Below, piece after piece: positions 1 through 9,662 of a DNA stretch of 20,000 nucleotides (position 1 is the first letter of the stretch; each line of letters starts with the position of its first letter). Below the pieces are notes generated by a model. That model saw nothing but the letters and a program-made list of their open reading frames with translations. It was not told the origin of the DNA and searched no databases. The DNA comes from Chiloscyllium plagiosum (lineage: Eukaryota). The position numbers and the translations under genes were made by a program. The stretch is taken from positions 13,003,049 through 13,023,048 of the forward strand of contig NC_057751.1 in assembly GCF_004010195.1 (NCBI RefSeq), written 5' to 3'.

Positions 1-257
1 ATTGTTGTGCAGTTCTCCTGTCAGCAGATATTAAATCACCATCTGTTTTCTTGTCATTTATTCATTAAAACAAATGGAATAAAAACAGTCTGCGACTTCG
101 TATCTTGGAATACATTTCATGGGCTTTGCCTACATTAACTCAATCTGATCTGATTCATAAGAAATGGAAGAATTGCAGTTCTAAAGCACCTTTCATCACT
201 TTCAGATATTCTAAAGTTACAATGAATGATATATTTTTGAAATGCAATTATAGTGAT

Positions 258-490
258 TGTAACAAGGTCAGCCAGATGGAGCTAATAGAATGTGGGTTCC
301 CAGATTGGGACTGCTAATCTGGTCTAATCAGGGAGTCCTGGCTGACAGATAATAAAAGAAGTGTCAGGCATTCTGACACTCTGAGATCTCACTCTGAGGG
401 AGCTGGATCAGTGTTGAGGACATTGGTCATAGAGGGTGGAAATAAAGGGCGACTTGGTGATGGGATACCAGCCTCTGTAAAGTTATTTCA
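258..490 (+). mobile_element. Short solo-LTR-like segment (233 bp)
   Basis: Starts TGTAAC and ends TTTCA (TG...CA). Has a TATA-like GATAATAAAA near 348 and AATAAA near 440. No clear TSD (tgat vs gttg). Confidence 0.55.
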
Positions 491-791
491 GTTGCCATGG
501 ATGCAAGTAAGGAAATCTAGCAGCCAAGTTGAATGCAGTAACGTTGTGCCGTTATTGAATGAGGCTTCTGCAATTCCCTCCAGAAGCATCTCTATTTCCA
601 CCTGCTCCTTAAAAATGCTCATGAAGCCCAAGCCTATCTACTGTCATACAGCCTTTTGTGAATTAAGACCAGATTTTGTTTGACAGTGTTGCCATGCATT
701 ACCTTGAGACAGCGTGTGATTTTAAAGGTGCTGGATGGCTGTTACTGTTGTTCCCAAGAGATTGCACAGCAGCACGAGCTGAGATCTGAAA

Positions 792-929
792 GCCTCATCC
801 AACAGGTGGCACATGCAGCAATCCTTCAGTGCTTTACTGGATCGTCAGCCTACACTTTGTGCCCAGGTTTCTGAACTAGGTCTTCAACTCTTATGCTTTA
901 GACTCAGTGGATGAAAATGTTACCATGAG
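792..929 (-). mobile_element. Degenerate tRNA-derived Deu-domain SINE (SacSINE1/AmnSINE1-like) fragment
   Basis: The reverse complement resembles a tRNA-like head followed by GCACAAAGTGTAGGCTGAC...CAGTAAAGCACTGAAGGATTGCTGCA...GTGCCACCTGTTGGATGAGGC, matching my recollection of the DeuSINE core. Confidence 0.6.
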
Positions 930-1203
930 ATAATGCTGACCATCCCATTGGCCAGTCCAGTGTGGGACTGGGTGCCTGGAAGTTATTTCGGAAGCCTGAA
1001 CAGAAAACTTTTGATTTTTCGATTCTTACCTGATCAATGAAGCAATTTTTCTTCAACTGTGAGCATTATTTAAAACAAGTTGGGAAACAAGCACATTTTT
1101 ACACATATGGTGAATTAAATTCTTATGCAGGTTATTTGTTTTAATATCGTTAACCATTATCAGCCTGGGCGAAAAAGTCTTCAGTTTCCCAAAAGCCAAA
1201 CCT

Positions 1204-1435
1204 AAAGTTAAAAATCACACAGGTTATAGTGCTACAGGTTTATTTGGAAGTACTAGCTTTTGGAGCACTGCTCCATCAGGTAACTAGTGGGGTAGGATCA
1301 TAAGACACAAATCCTGCCCCACCAATTAATTACCTGATGAAGGAGCAATGCTCTGAAAGCTGGTACTTTCAAATAAACCTATTGGACTATAACCTGGTGT
1401 CGTGTGATTTTTAACTTTGTCCACTCAGTCCATTC
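1204..1435. mobile_element. Inverted pair of Penelope-like pLTR ends (family A) with degenerate hammerhead motifs
   Basis: Arms 1204-1298 and 1311-1418 are imperfect reverse complements around a 12-bp spacer. The right arm has CTGATGA(1334-1340)-A-GGAGC-AAT-GCTCT-GAAA(1355-1358). Confidence 0.8.
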
Positions 1436-1489
1436 CCATCATAAATGTAAAGTAACATTCCGTTTCTTCCTGGAAAAAAAGGCCTGAAT

Positions 1490-1897
1490 TATCCCCATCC
1501 ACCACCACCCTCCTCCACCTCACTGAGCTTGTCCTCAGTTTGAACAATTTCTCTTTCATCCTTCTACTTTCTTCAGATCAAAGCTGTGGCCAAGGATACC
1601 TGCATTGGCCCCATTCTGCCCGTCTCTTTGTGGGGAACGTGGAACATTCCTTGTTTTAATCCTACTCGGGTACCCACTCACAATTCTTTAGCTAGTACTT
1701 CGATGACATCTTCTGTGCTGCTTTTGTTTCTTGTCCGGAATTGGAAAAGGTTATCAATTTTGTTTCGACTTTCCACCTTACACTCACTTTCACCTGGTCT
1801 ATCTCCGACTCCTCCCTTTTCTCAACATTTCTGTTTTCATTTCTGGGGATAGTTGGCCACTGATACCTGCTACAAACTCACTGACTCCCACAAATAC
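1490..1897 (+). pseudogene. Penelope-like element (Neptune-type) reverse transcriptase, 5' fragment, degraded
   Basis: Frameshifted translation gives PSTTTLL..ELVL.LNNFSF, LQIKAVA (GVAMG motif), LFVG.VEHSLF, YFDD, FTWSISDSS, and TD.CYKLTDSH. Confidence 0.85.
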
Positions 1898-2169
1898 ATA
1901 GAATTCCTACAGTGTGGAAACAGGCCATTCAGCCCAACAAGTCCACACCGACCCTCTGAAGAGTATCCCAACCAAACCCATTCCCCAACCCTATTACTCT
2001 ACATTTATTACCCTATTACTCTGACTAATGCAGCTAACCTACACATCCCTGAAAGCAATGGGCAATTTAGTACGACTAATCCACCCTGACTTGCACATTT
2101 TTGGATTATGGGAGGAATCCCAGACAGACGTGGGGAAAATGTGCAAACTCCACGCAGGCTGGAATCGAA
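1898..2169 (-). mobile_element. HE1-like V-SINE inserted into the Penelope-like RT
   Basis: The reverse complement has a partial tRNA box B (TTCGATTCCAGCC), a V-SINE core (GTGGAGTTTGCACATTTTCCCCACGTCTG) and a CR1-like tail (GGGCTGAATGGCCTGTTTCCACACTGTAGG). Confidence 0.8.
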
Positions 2170-2566
2170 GTAAAGTTAAGAGCCACCAAGTAAAGAACTG
2201 GTTTTATAGTCCCTAATTAACATTAGGTGCCCAATTATAAAGGGGCTAAACTGAGTCATGACCCCACCAGGTACTGAGTAACCTTGCTCCTTTGCCCCTT
2301 GGAGCCCTGCCTGTACTCAGCTGCCACTCAGTTTCACTCCTGCACACAAGCAGGACTCCTCCACCTCTATCCTACCTAGTCACGTCCCTCTCTATTCTAA
2401 CCTCTCCTGATAACTCCCTGACTGCTCTCTATACTAGCTCCTCCCCCACTACCACTGAACCAACACCCTCTCTCAAACCTGGTCTGTCTAGTCTTGAACC
2501 TGTCTCTGACTGGTTACCTTGACTACACATCCTCACATCTGCTTCCTGTAAAGTGTATTTTTTAAA

Positions 2567-2603
<37 letters not shown>
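2567..2603. repeat. (TA)n microsatellite at the SINE 3' tail
   Basis: About 18 TA units with one interruption, abutting the 3' end of the minus-strand SINE. Confidence 0.95.
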
Positions 2604-2930
2604 CGTTCATTCGTGGGATGTGGGTGTCACTGGATAGGCCAGCATTTCTTACCCATCCCTAATTACCCCAGAGGGCAGTTAAGACCCTTTGCTGTGGGTC
2701 AGGAGTCACATGTAGGCCAGACCAGACAAGGACGGCAGTTTCCTTCCCTAAAGTGCATTAGTGAACCAGATTCTGTTTTCTGACAATCAACAATGGTTTC
2801 ATAATCATCATTAAGCTCCTATTTCCAGATATTTCTTGAATTTGAATTCCACCGTCTGCCATGACAGGATTCGAACCCAAGACCCTAGAATAATACTAGG
2901 GTCTCTGCATTAATAGTCTAGCAATAATAC
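2604..2930 (-). mobile_element. tRNA-derived SINE, near full length, with a LINE-derived 3' tail
   Basis: Box B GGGTTCGAATCC on the minus strand (~2867-2878). The body is homologous to the copy at 7553-8010. The tail (GTAATTAGGGATGGGTAAGAAATGCTGG) resembles the LINE 3' end at ~5113. Confidence 0.8.
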
Positions 2931-2950
2931 ATCTAGATCCTGACCTCTCC

Positions 2951-3961
2951 TTAATTCCATTCTCCCAGTTCCTCTATGTCCGTTGCATCTGTTCCAACGA
3001 TGCCAACTTCAACACAAGGGACCTCCGAAATGTCCATCTTCTTCCTCAAATGAGGATTTTCCACCATAGTTGACAGGGCCCTCAACCGGGTCTGACCCAG
3101 CTTCCGCACTTCAGCCCTCACCTCCCACAACAGCGATCTGTCCTCACCCATCATCCCACCAGCATCCACAGGTAAAAGATCCTGAGCTGCCATTTCCGTT
3201 ACTTCCATCAGGATGCCACCACCAGACACATATTCCCCTCCTCTCCCTTGTCAGCCTTCCGCAGGGACTGTTCCCTCCAGGACACAATGGTCCACTCCTC
3301 TACTCCCAACATCTCCCCACAGCCACAAGACACCTTCCCATGGAATTTTGGAAGGTGTCACATCTGCAAGTTTACTTCCTCCGTCCTCAAAGCCCAAGAC
3401 ACACCTCGGTGAAACAGCACTTTACCTGTACCTCACTCAATCTAGTCACAGTGTGATCATCTCTACATTGAGGAAATGAAATATAGACTGGGCGGCCCCT
3501 TTACAGAACCCCAATGTTCTGTCTGTAAAAATGACCCTGAGCTTCAGGTTACCTGCCATTTCAACACACCACCATGTTCCCGAGCCAGCATCTCTGTATC
3601 AGGCTTGCTGCAGTGTTCCAGCAAAGATCAGTGAAAGCTGGAAGAACATCACCTCATTTTCTACCTGGGAACTCTATAGGCTTCTTGACTCAATATAGTG
3701 TTCAATAATTTTAGGGCTTGATGCACCTTCTCCCACATCTTTATCCCAACCCCCACATCACGTGGGCTATTTGAACAAACAACCCATTGTCAGCCATCAG
3801 CAGCCATTCATTCTCCCAGGCTAACTTTTACCTAACTGTTTTTCTCTGTCTCTCGAGACTCCAACACCTCCTATTCTTGGCTCCTGTCCCCTTCCTGTGC
3901 ACCGCCTTTTTCTCAGCAACTATCAGTTCTGAAGAAAGGTCACGGGATCCGAAGCATTAAC
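2951..3961 (+). pseudogene. Penelope-like element continuation: RT thumb, GIY-YIG endonuclease remnant, 3' UTR and pLTR start with degenerate hammerhead (family B)
   Basis: IPFSQFL.VRCICS, PSPPL.AFRRD.SL.D, FTCTSLNLV, QC..LYI.E.K.RLG. The terminal motif is AGTT-CTGAAGA(3929-3935)-A-AGGTC-ACGG-GATCC-GAAGC-ATT-AAC. Confidence 0.85.
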
Positions 3962-4925
3962 GGACATTTACTATAAACTGACCGACTCCCACAGCTACCT
4001 AGACTACACCTCCTCCCACCCTGCCCCCTGTAAAAACACCATCACATATTCCCAATTCCTTCGTCTCCGCCGCATCTGCTCCCAGGAGGACCAGTTCCAA
4101 TACCGTACAACCCAGATGGCCTCCTTCTTCAAAGTCCGCAATTTCCCCCCAGACGTGGTCGACAATGCCCTCCACTGCATGTCCTCCACTTCCTGCTCCT
4201 CGACCCTTGAGCCCCGCCCCTCCAACCACCATCAGGACAGAACCCCACTGGTCCTCACCTACCACCCCACCAACCTCCACATACATCGTATCATCCGTCG
4301 TCATTTCTGCCACCTCCAAACNNNNNNNNNNNNNNNNNNNNNNNNNNNNTGCATCCACAGCACCCGATGTGGCCTCCTCTATATTGGGGAGACAGGCTGC
4401 CTACTTGTGGAACGTTTCAGAGAACACCTCTGGGACACCCGGACCAACCAACCCAACCACCCCGTGGCTCAACACTTCAACTCCCCCTCCCACTCTGCCA
4501 AGGACATGCAGGTCCTTGGACTCCTCCATCGCCAGACGGTTGGAGGAAAAGAGCCTCATCTTCCGCCTAGCAACCCTCCAACCACAAGGGATGAACTCCG
4601 ATTTCTCCAGTTTCCTCATTTCCCCTCCCCCCACCTTGTCTGAGTCCCAACCCTCAACTCAGCATCGCCTTCCTAACCTGCAATCTTCTTCCTGACCTCT
4701 CTGCCCCCACTCCCACTCCAACCTATCACCCTCACCTTGACCTCCTTCCACCTATCGCATTTCCAACGCCCCTCCCCCAAGTCCCTCCTCCCTACCTTTT
4801 ATCTTAGCCTGCTGGACACACTTTCCTCATTCCTGAAGAAGGGCTCATGCCCAAAACTTCAATTCTCCTGCTCCTTGGATGTTGCCTGACCTGCTGCGCT
4901 TTTCCAGCAACACATTTTCAGTTTT
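3962..4925 (+). mobile_element. Second, younger 5'-truncated Penelope-like element (Neptune-type): RT C-terminus, GIY-YIG endonuclease and pLTR (family C)
   Basis: Open frame from 3963: DIYYKLTDSHSYLDYTSSHP...YSQFLRLRRICS...CGLLYIGETG..L.ERFREH...PVAQHFNSPSHS, then after a frameshift EEKSLIFRLATLQPQGMN. Hammerhead-like CTGAAGA at 4833-4839, with GAAAC changed to AAAAC. Confidence 0.92.
4322..4349. other. Assembly gap (28 N)
   Basis: Run of N inside the second PLE. Confidence 1.
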
Positions 4926-5112
4926 TAAGTAATATGTTAGTGTAATGTCATTTTTCAATCAATTTGTGTATCAGATCTCATGTCAGAGAATCTAAAAACA
5001 CAAGACACAAATTCAGAATTTGATCACCGTGTCTAAAACAGTGGAGTCATTTAGACAGAGCAAGCCTCAAACATTAATCCTAATTCCTATTTATTTAACT
5101 ATGCTCATTAAT

Positions 5113-5575
5113 ATTATCTATTCCATCCTTAAATGCCCATGACAGTATGATGGTGAGTCACATTTCGAACCACTGCAATCTGTATGGTGAAGTTAATTCT
5201 CCTGTCCTGTTTGGAATGAAGCTCCAGGGTTTTGACCAAGTGACAGTGAAGGAACAATGATATTGTTTCAAGTTGGGGTAATGTGACTTGGATAGAACTT
5301 GTGAGTCTGTCCGTCTCAGACTGGACTTGACTCTTCAGTCAGTATGATGACGCTGAACCACTCTTGATAAAGTGCCCACACATTCTACTCTCTTATTCCC
5401 ATCAGTCCTTCTTCCAAATAACACTCAATATAAAACAGTGCTGATTCGTGAGTGGGCATGGGGTCGGGTGAGGATGATCAGTGATAATTAGCAGGAAGTT
5501 TCCTAGCCCATTTGTGAACTGATGCCATGGGATTTCATGTAATCCAAAGTTAATGCTGAGGACACCCGAGGCCCA
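5113..5575 (-). mobile_element. Old CR1/L2-clade LINE fragments (ORF2 3' end at 5113-5300; probable endonuclease-region piece at ~5480-5575)
   Basis: The minus strand decodes a degraded W.SLP......LQ.F....HHH-type ORF2 terminus followed by a GGGCATTTAAGGATGG tail. Confidence 0.55.
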
Positions 5576-6807
5576 GAGTCTCTTAGACTGCATTGTCATT
5601 TTCAGACACCTTTCTGCCCTCGCACAAAGCTCCCTTGCTGTATCTGTTTCAACTAGAAGACTTAAGTTGAAGTCATCAAGATATCTTCTGTGACAATAGC
5701 TTATTTGTCTTCATTAGGCTATCTAGGAATTCAACAGATCAGAACAGAGTTCTTTAGTCCTGTGTATGATTTCAGTCTTTGTAAATGGGATAGAATGGGC
5801 TTGGAGGTGTAGTGGTATGCAGTGCACACCAGTAATGTCCATTCTTTAATTCTATACTAGGATCTAAACCCTGATTTCAGTCATTACATTGAGACATTGC
5901 ATTGAACCTTTGAAGCTATGGCCTTCCTTGGTTCTGCTTCCTATTCTTGTCCCATGACACCTATTTTCTGGCAATCCTGACTGTGATGCCCTCTGCTGGC
6001 TAGTAACAGACTGGTACTCACTGCCAAGGTTCACCCCTCATGACTAGGCATTTTTGTCAGGTACTTGGTCAGGTTTGGGGGTTACTGGTAGTGAATAAAT
6101 GGATGGCCACAAATATACATGGTGAAAGTTAAGCTGACATTGTATCAGTACGCCCTGAAATCAATAATTCCCAGAAGAACAGAAGTGCTAATTAGACTCT
6201 CAACTCTCTGTGTGCAGTTAAAAGAACACAGTAAATATTTAGAATTGACAAAATGAATTTGGTCTTTGGCAGAAAAATAAAGCTAATTAAAAAATGATGG
6301 TTCAAACATAATGGCAGTGCGAGCTATAACCGCATAAATCTGAAATGTGTTTATGGGTGGATGGAATCTGAAGTTAATGAAATCTGCTGAATTATTGAGT
6401 TGTTATAAGGAATTCTTCAGAAGCGTTTTAATTATCTTTATGTCCTTTAGTTTTGTAGTCAAGCTGTTGTTACAGGCTGTCCACAAAGGCAGACCAGCAA
6501 GTTGCTCCCAGTTCCCAGCCAATGTCTGTGGCTCTGAGCACATTTTGCTGCAAAATAAGTTAGTAAATGATTCTATTTCTCAACAGATGAGGAAAGTGTA
6601 TTGATATTGAAAGCCTGATATTGCTTGTCCTTGTCCCATACATTTCAACATAATCCCCCAGGTTTTTAGCTTCTCATCCCAACCCTACTTTTTACCATTA
6701 CCCAGCCCTGCTTGCGACATTGAGCCCTCCAAACTACCTGAGAACAGTAATAGTACTTCACTGGTTCTGATGTACAGAGGCTATAAAAACTGCCTTATCA
6801 ATAAGCA

Positions 6808-6912
6808 CTTTATTCAAACATGTAGAGGGTGGTATGTGTACGGAACAAGCTGCCAGAGGAGGTGGTGGAGGCTGGTACAATTACAACATCTAAAAGGCAT
6901 CTGGCTGGATAT
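6808..6912 (+). mobile_element. CR1 LINE ORF2 extreme C-terminal fragment
   Basis: RVVCVRNKLPEEVVEAGTITTSKRHLAGY matches the CR1 RVV..WN.LP.EVVEA.T...FK..LD motif. Confidence 0.85.
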
Positions 6913-7143
6913 GGTGACATCTTGCAAAATGTCCAGATTACAGAGGAGGAAGTGCAGGATGTCTTGAAACGGTTAAAGGTGGATAAATCCCCAGGACCTG
7001 ATCAGGTGTACCCGAGAACTCTGTGGGAAGCTAGAGAAGTGATTGCTGGGCCTTTTGCTGAGATATTTGTATCATCGATAGTCACAGGTGAGGTGCCAGA
7101 AGACTGGAGGTTGGCAAACGTGGTGCCACTGTTTAAGAAGGGC
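6913..7143 (+). mobile_element. CR1 LINE ORF2 pre-RT fragment
   Basis: ITEEEVQDVLKRLKVDKSPGPDQVYPRTLWEARE...TGEVPEDWRLANVVPLFKKG, uninterrupted. Confidence 0.92.
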
Positions 7144-7552
7144 GCAACAATACAAAGCATTCCCCCATTCAATCTAGTGAGCTATTTTTGTGGAGCATCC
7201 ACTTTCAAGCTTGCAAGCATGGCTATGAATATGCACACAGGAAGATCTGATAGACAGCAAGAAGATATGAATGATCACTTTTACTAGTGTGCAGGAGGTA
7301 ATGTTAAGCAGAAATCCAGCAGAATGTCTGGCTGTACACAAATAGTAGAGTACAATCTTCTTGTTTATGTGCACCGGATTAAAATCACTTGAATATAATG
7401 GTGTATCCTAAAAATGGCACCACATGGAAATCTGGCATATTTCCACAGTTATATTTTGAAGTAAGGTGCATAAACAAAAGCCTCCTGTTTTAGAGGCTGA
7501 CAGTGTATGAATTGAGAATAGAGAACATTTAACTGATAACCCATGAAGCAGA

Positions 7553-8010
7553 GATGATGATGGCCCAGTGATATTATTGCTAGACTATTGATCCAGGGAC
7601 TAGGAGAATGTGAGGACTGCAGATACTGTAGAGTCAGAGTCGAAATGTGTGGCACTGGAAAAGCACAGCAGGTCAGGCAACATCTGAGGAGCAAGGAGAG
7701 TTGATGTTTTGGGCATAAGCTCTTCATCAGGGTGAAGGCCTTGTGCCCGAAATGTTGACTCTCCTGCTTCTCGGATGCTGTCTGACCTGCTGTGCTTTTT
7801 TCCAGCACTACACTTTTCGACTAATGATCCAGAGACCCAGGTGATATCCAGGGGATCTTAGTGTAAATCCTGCCATGGTGGATGGTGGAATTTGAATTAA
7901 ATAAAAATATGGAGATAAGAGTTTAATAATGACCATGACCATTGCCAATTTTGGGGAAAAACCTGTCTGATTCATTACTGTCCTTCAGGGAAGGAAATTG
8001 TTTCCTGGTC
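7553..8010 (+). mobile_element. tRNA-derived SINE (same family as 2604-2930), interrupted at 7601-7818 and 3'-truncated at 8011 by PLE insertions
   Basis: Head TGGCCCAGTGATATTATTGCTAGACT...ATCCAGAGACCCAG; body GATGGTGGAATTTGAATT...AGGGAAGGAAA homologous to the minus-strand copy. Confidence 0.8.
7601..7822. mobile_element. Inverted pair of PLE pLTR ends (family C) with target-site duplication
   Basis: Arms ~7638-7726 and 7733-7822 are reverse complements. Minus-strand CTGATGA at 7730-7724. Flanking direct repeats at 7583-7600 and 7819-7836 match 16/18. Confidence 0.85.
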
Positions 8011-8011
8011 T

Positions 8012-8540
8012 AAAGTTTGTGCGAAGATTTGTAGCTTGGGTGCTCGTTGTTGTGGTTCTGTTCGCCGTGCTGGAAGTTTTTGTTGCAAACGTTTCGTCCC
8101 CTGGCTAGGCGACATCATCAGTGCTTGGGAGCCTCCTGCGAAGCGCTTCTTTGATGTTCCCTCCGGTGTTTATAGTGGTCTGTCCCTGCCGCTTCCGGTT
8201 GTCAGTTTCAGCTGTCCGCTGTAGTGGTTGGTATACTGGGTCCAGGTCGATGTGTTTGTTGATGGAGTTTGTGGATGAATGCCATGCCTCTAGGAATCAA
8301 CAAACACATCGACCTGGATACCAACCAGTACAGCGGACAGCTGAAACTGACAACCGGAAGCGGCAGGGACAGACCACTATAAACACCGGAGGAAACATCA
8401 AAGAAGCGCTTCGCAGGAGGCTCCCAAGCAGTGATGATGTCGCCTAGCCAGGGGACGAAACGTTTGCAACAAAAACTTCCAGCTCGGCGAACAGAACCAC
8501 AACAACGAGCACCCGAGCTACAAATCTTCGCACAAACTTT
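8012..8540. mobile_element. Near-perfect inverted pair of Penelope/Poseidon-type 3' ends (family D)
   Basis: Arms 8012-8263 and 8296-8540 with a 32-bp spacer; about 5 substitutions and one 7-bp indel by eye. The minus strand encodes FLEAWHSSTNSINKHIDLDPVYQPL (GIY-YIG C-terminus). Confidence 0.92.
8085..8124 (-). ncRNA. Minimal type I hammerhead ribozyme, intact core
   Basis: GCA-CUGAUGA-U-GUC.G.CCU-AGCC-AGG.G.GAC-GAAAC-GUU^UGC: stem I GCA/UGC, stem II hairpin, palindromic stem III AAACGUUU. Predicted cut between 8088 and 8087. Confidence 0.78.
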
Positions 8541-8557
8541 GAACTCTATGATTACGA

Positions 8558-8682
8558 ATGGTTGAGAGGGATATATGCCAAGTGCTAGCAAATGGGACTA
8601 GATTAATTTAGGATGTCTGGTTGGAGCAGATGAGTTAGGCCGTAGAGTCTGTTTCAATGCTGTACAACCCGTGACTCTATGT
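8558..8682 (+). mobile_element. CR1 LINE 3' UTR end
   Basis: GAGGGATATATGCCAAGTGCTAGCAAATGGGACTAG...GTCTGTTTCAATGCTGTAC...GACTCTATG, a typical CR1 tail. Confidence 0.75.
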
Positions 8683-8769
8683 GTATTTCTGTCCACTAAA
8701 TGCCAATTACCCAGTGTCCCTGTGCTTGCTGGTCTACATTGGCATCTGGTCCCCAGCAATTGATAATGG

Positions 8770-9662
8770 TGTGGAGGTTACAAGAGAAAAGAAGCATGAA
8801 GTGATAGACAGGCTATCAGGAGGTAAAGAAATTCGCAATGGTGAAAATTGATAAGTCACCATGTTCAGATGGAATGCAGTCAAGTTGGTGGAAAGAAGCA
8901 AAGATAGAAATAGCAAAGTCAGTGATCACAATCTTTGAATCTGCATTGGTTACAGGTGTAGTGTGAGAGGGCTGGAGGGTTGTAAATGTCATGCCACTAA
9001 TCAAGAAAAGGGAGACTACAGGCCCTCAGCCAAATACTGGTTGTGGGGAAGTTGTTGAAAATCATTATCAGAGACCAAATGAATTTTTCATTTGGAAAAC
9101 ATGCTTAATTAAGGACTTAGTGTATAGGCACAGCAAATGACAAATAAGACAGGTGGAATGTTATGCTTTATTATGAGAGGAATTAAACAGAAAGATAAGA
9201 ATGTTATGTTTCAGTTATATAGGGCATTGGTGAGACAACATCTTAAAGGCTTTGCACAGTTTTGATCTCCTTATTTAAGGAAACGTGTAAATGCATTGGA
9301 GGCAGTCCAGGGGAGGTTTACTTGATTGATACCTGGAGTGAGCAGGTTGTCTTATCAGGAAAGGTTGGACAGACTGAGTTTGTTTGTACTGGAGTTTAAA
9401 AGAATGAAGGGAGACTTGATTGAAATGGATAAGATCCTGAACAGTCTTGACAAGGTGGATGTGGAAAGAATGTTTCCTCTTGTAGATGAGTCCTGATCCA
9501 AGAGGCATTGTTATAAAATTAGGGGCTGCCTTCTTGAAAGCAATAAAGAGAAGGTTTTTCCCTCAGAAGGATGTGGGATGTTAGTACATTTTGCCTCAGA
9601 AGGTGGTTGAGATGCAGATATTGAATGTGGACATAGATTGTTGTTGGGCAAGGGGATCAAAA
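8770..9662 (+). mobile_element. Degraded, internally deleted CR1 LINE
   Basis: KIDKSP..DG, EGWRVVNVMPLIKK, then LQLYRALVR..L...QF.SP.LRK..NALEAVQ.RFT.LIPG...LSY.ERLDRL and 3' end motifs. Confidence 0.8.

Noticed and set aside
1204..1418. DNA transposon/MITE interpretation of the inverted repeats
   Set aside because: The arms are PLE 3' ends with hammerhead motifs that also occur singly or after GIY-YIG ORFs in this window.
5340..5365. ATGATGA...CTGA resembling a C/D box or hammerhead
   Set aside because: The boxes are only a few nt apart, with no stems or GAAA.
6459..6560. Possible tetraspanin large-loop exon (SSCC...TFCCK after TTTTGTAG)
   Set aside because: Lacks the CCG, DW and VP motifs, is shorter than expected and runs into a stop; likely chance.
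8036..8591. Near-identical ORFs 8036-8224 (+) and 8208-8591 (-)
   Set aside because: These are antisense readings of the two palindrome arms, not genes.
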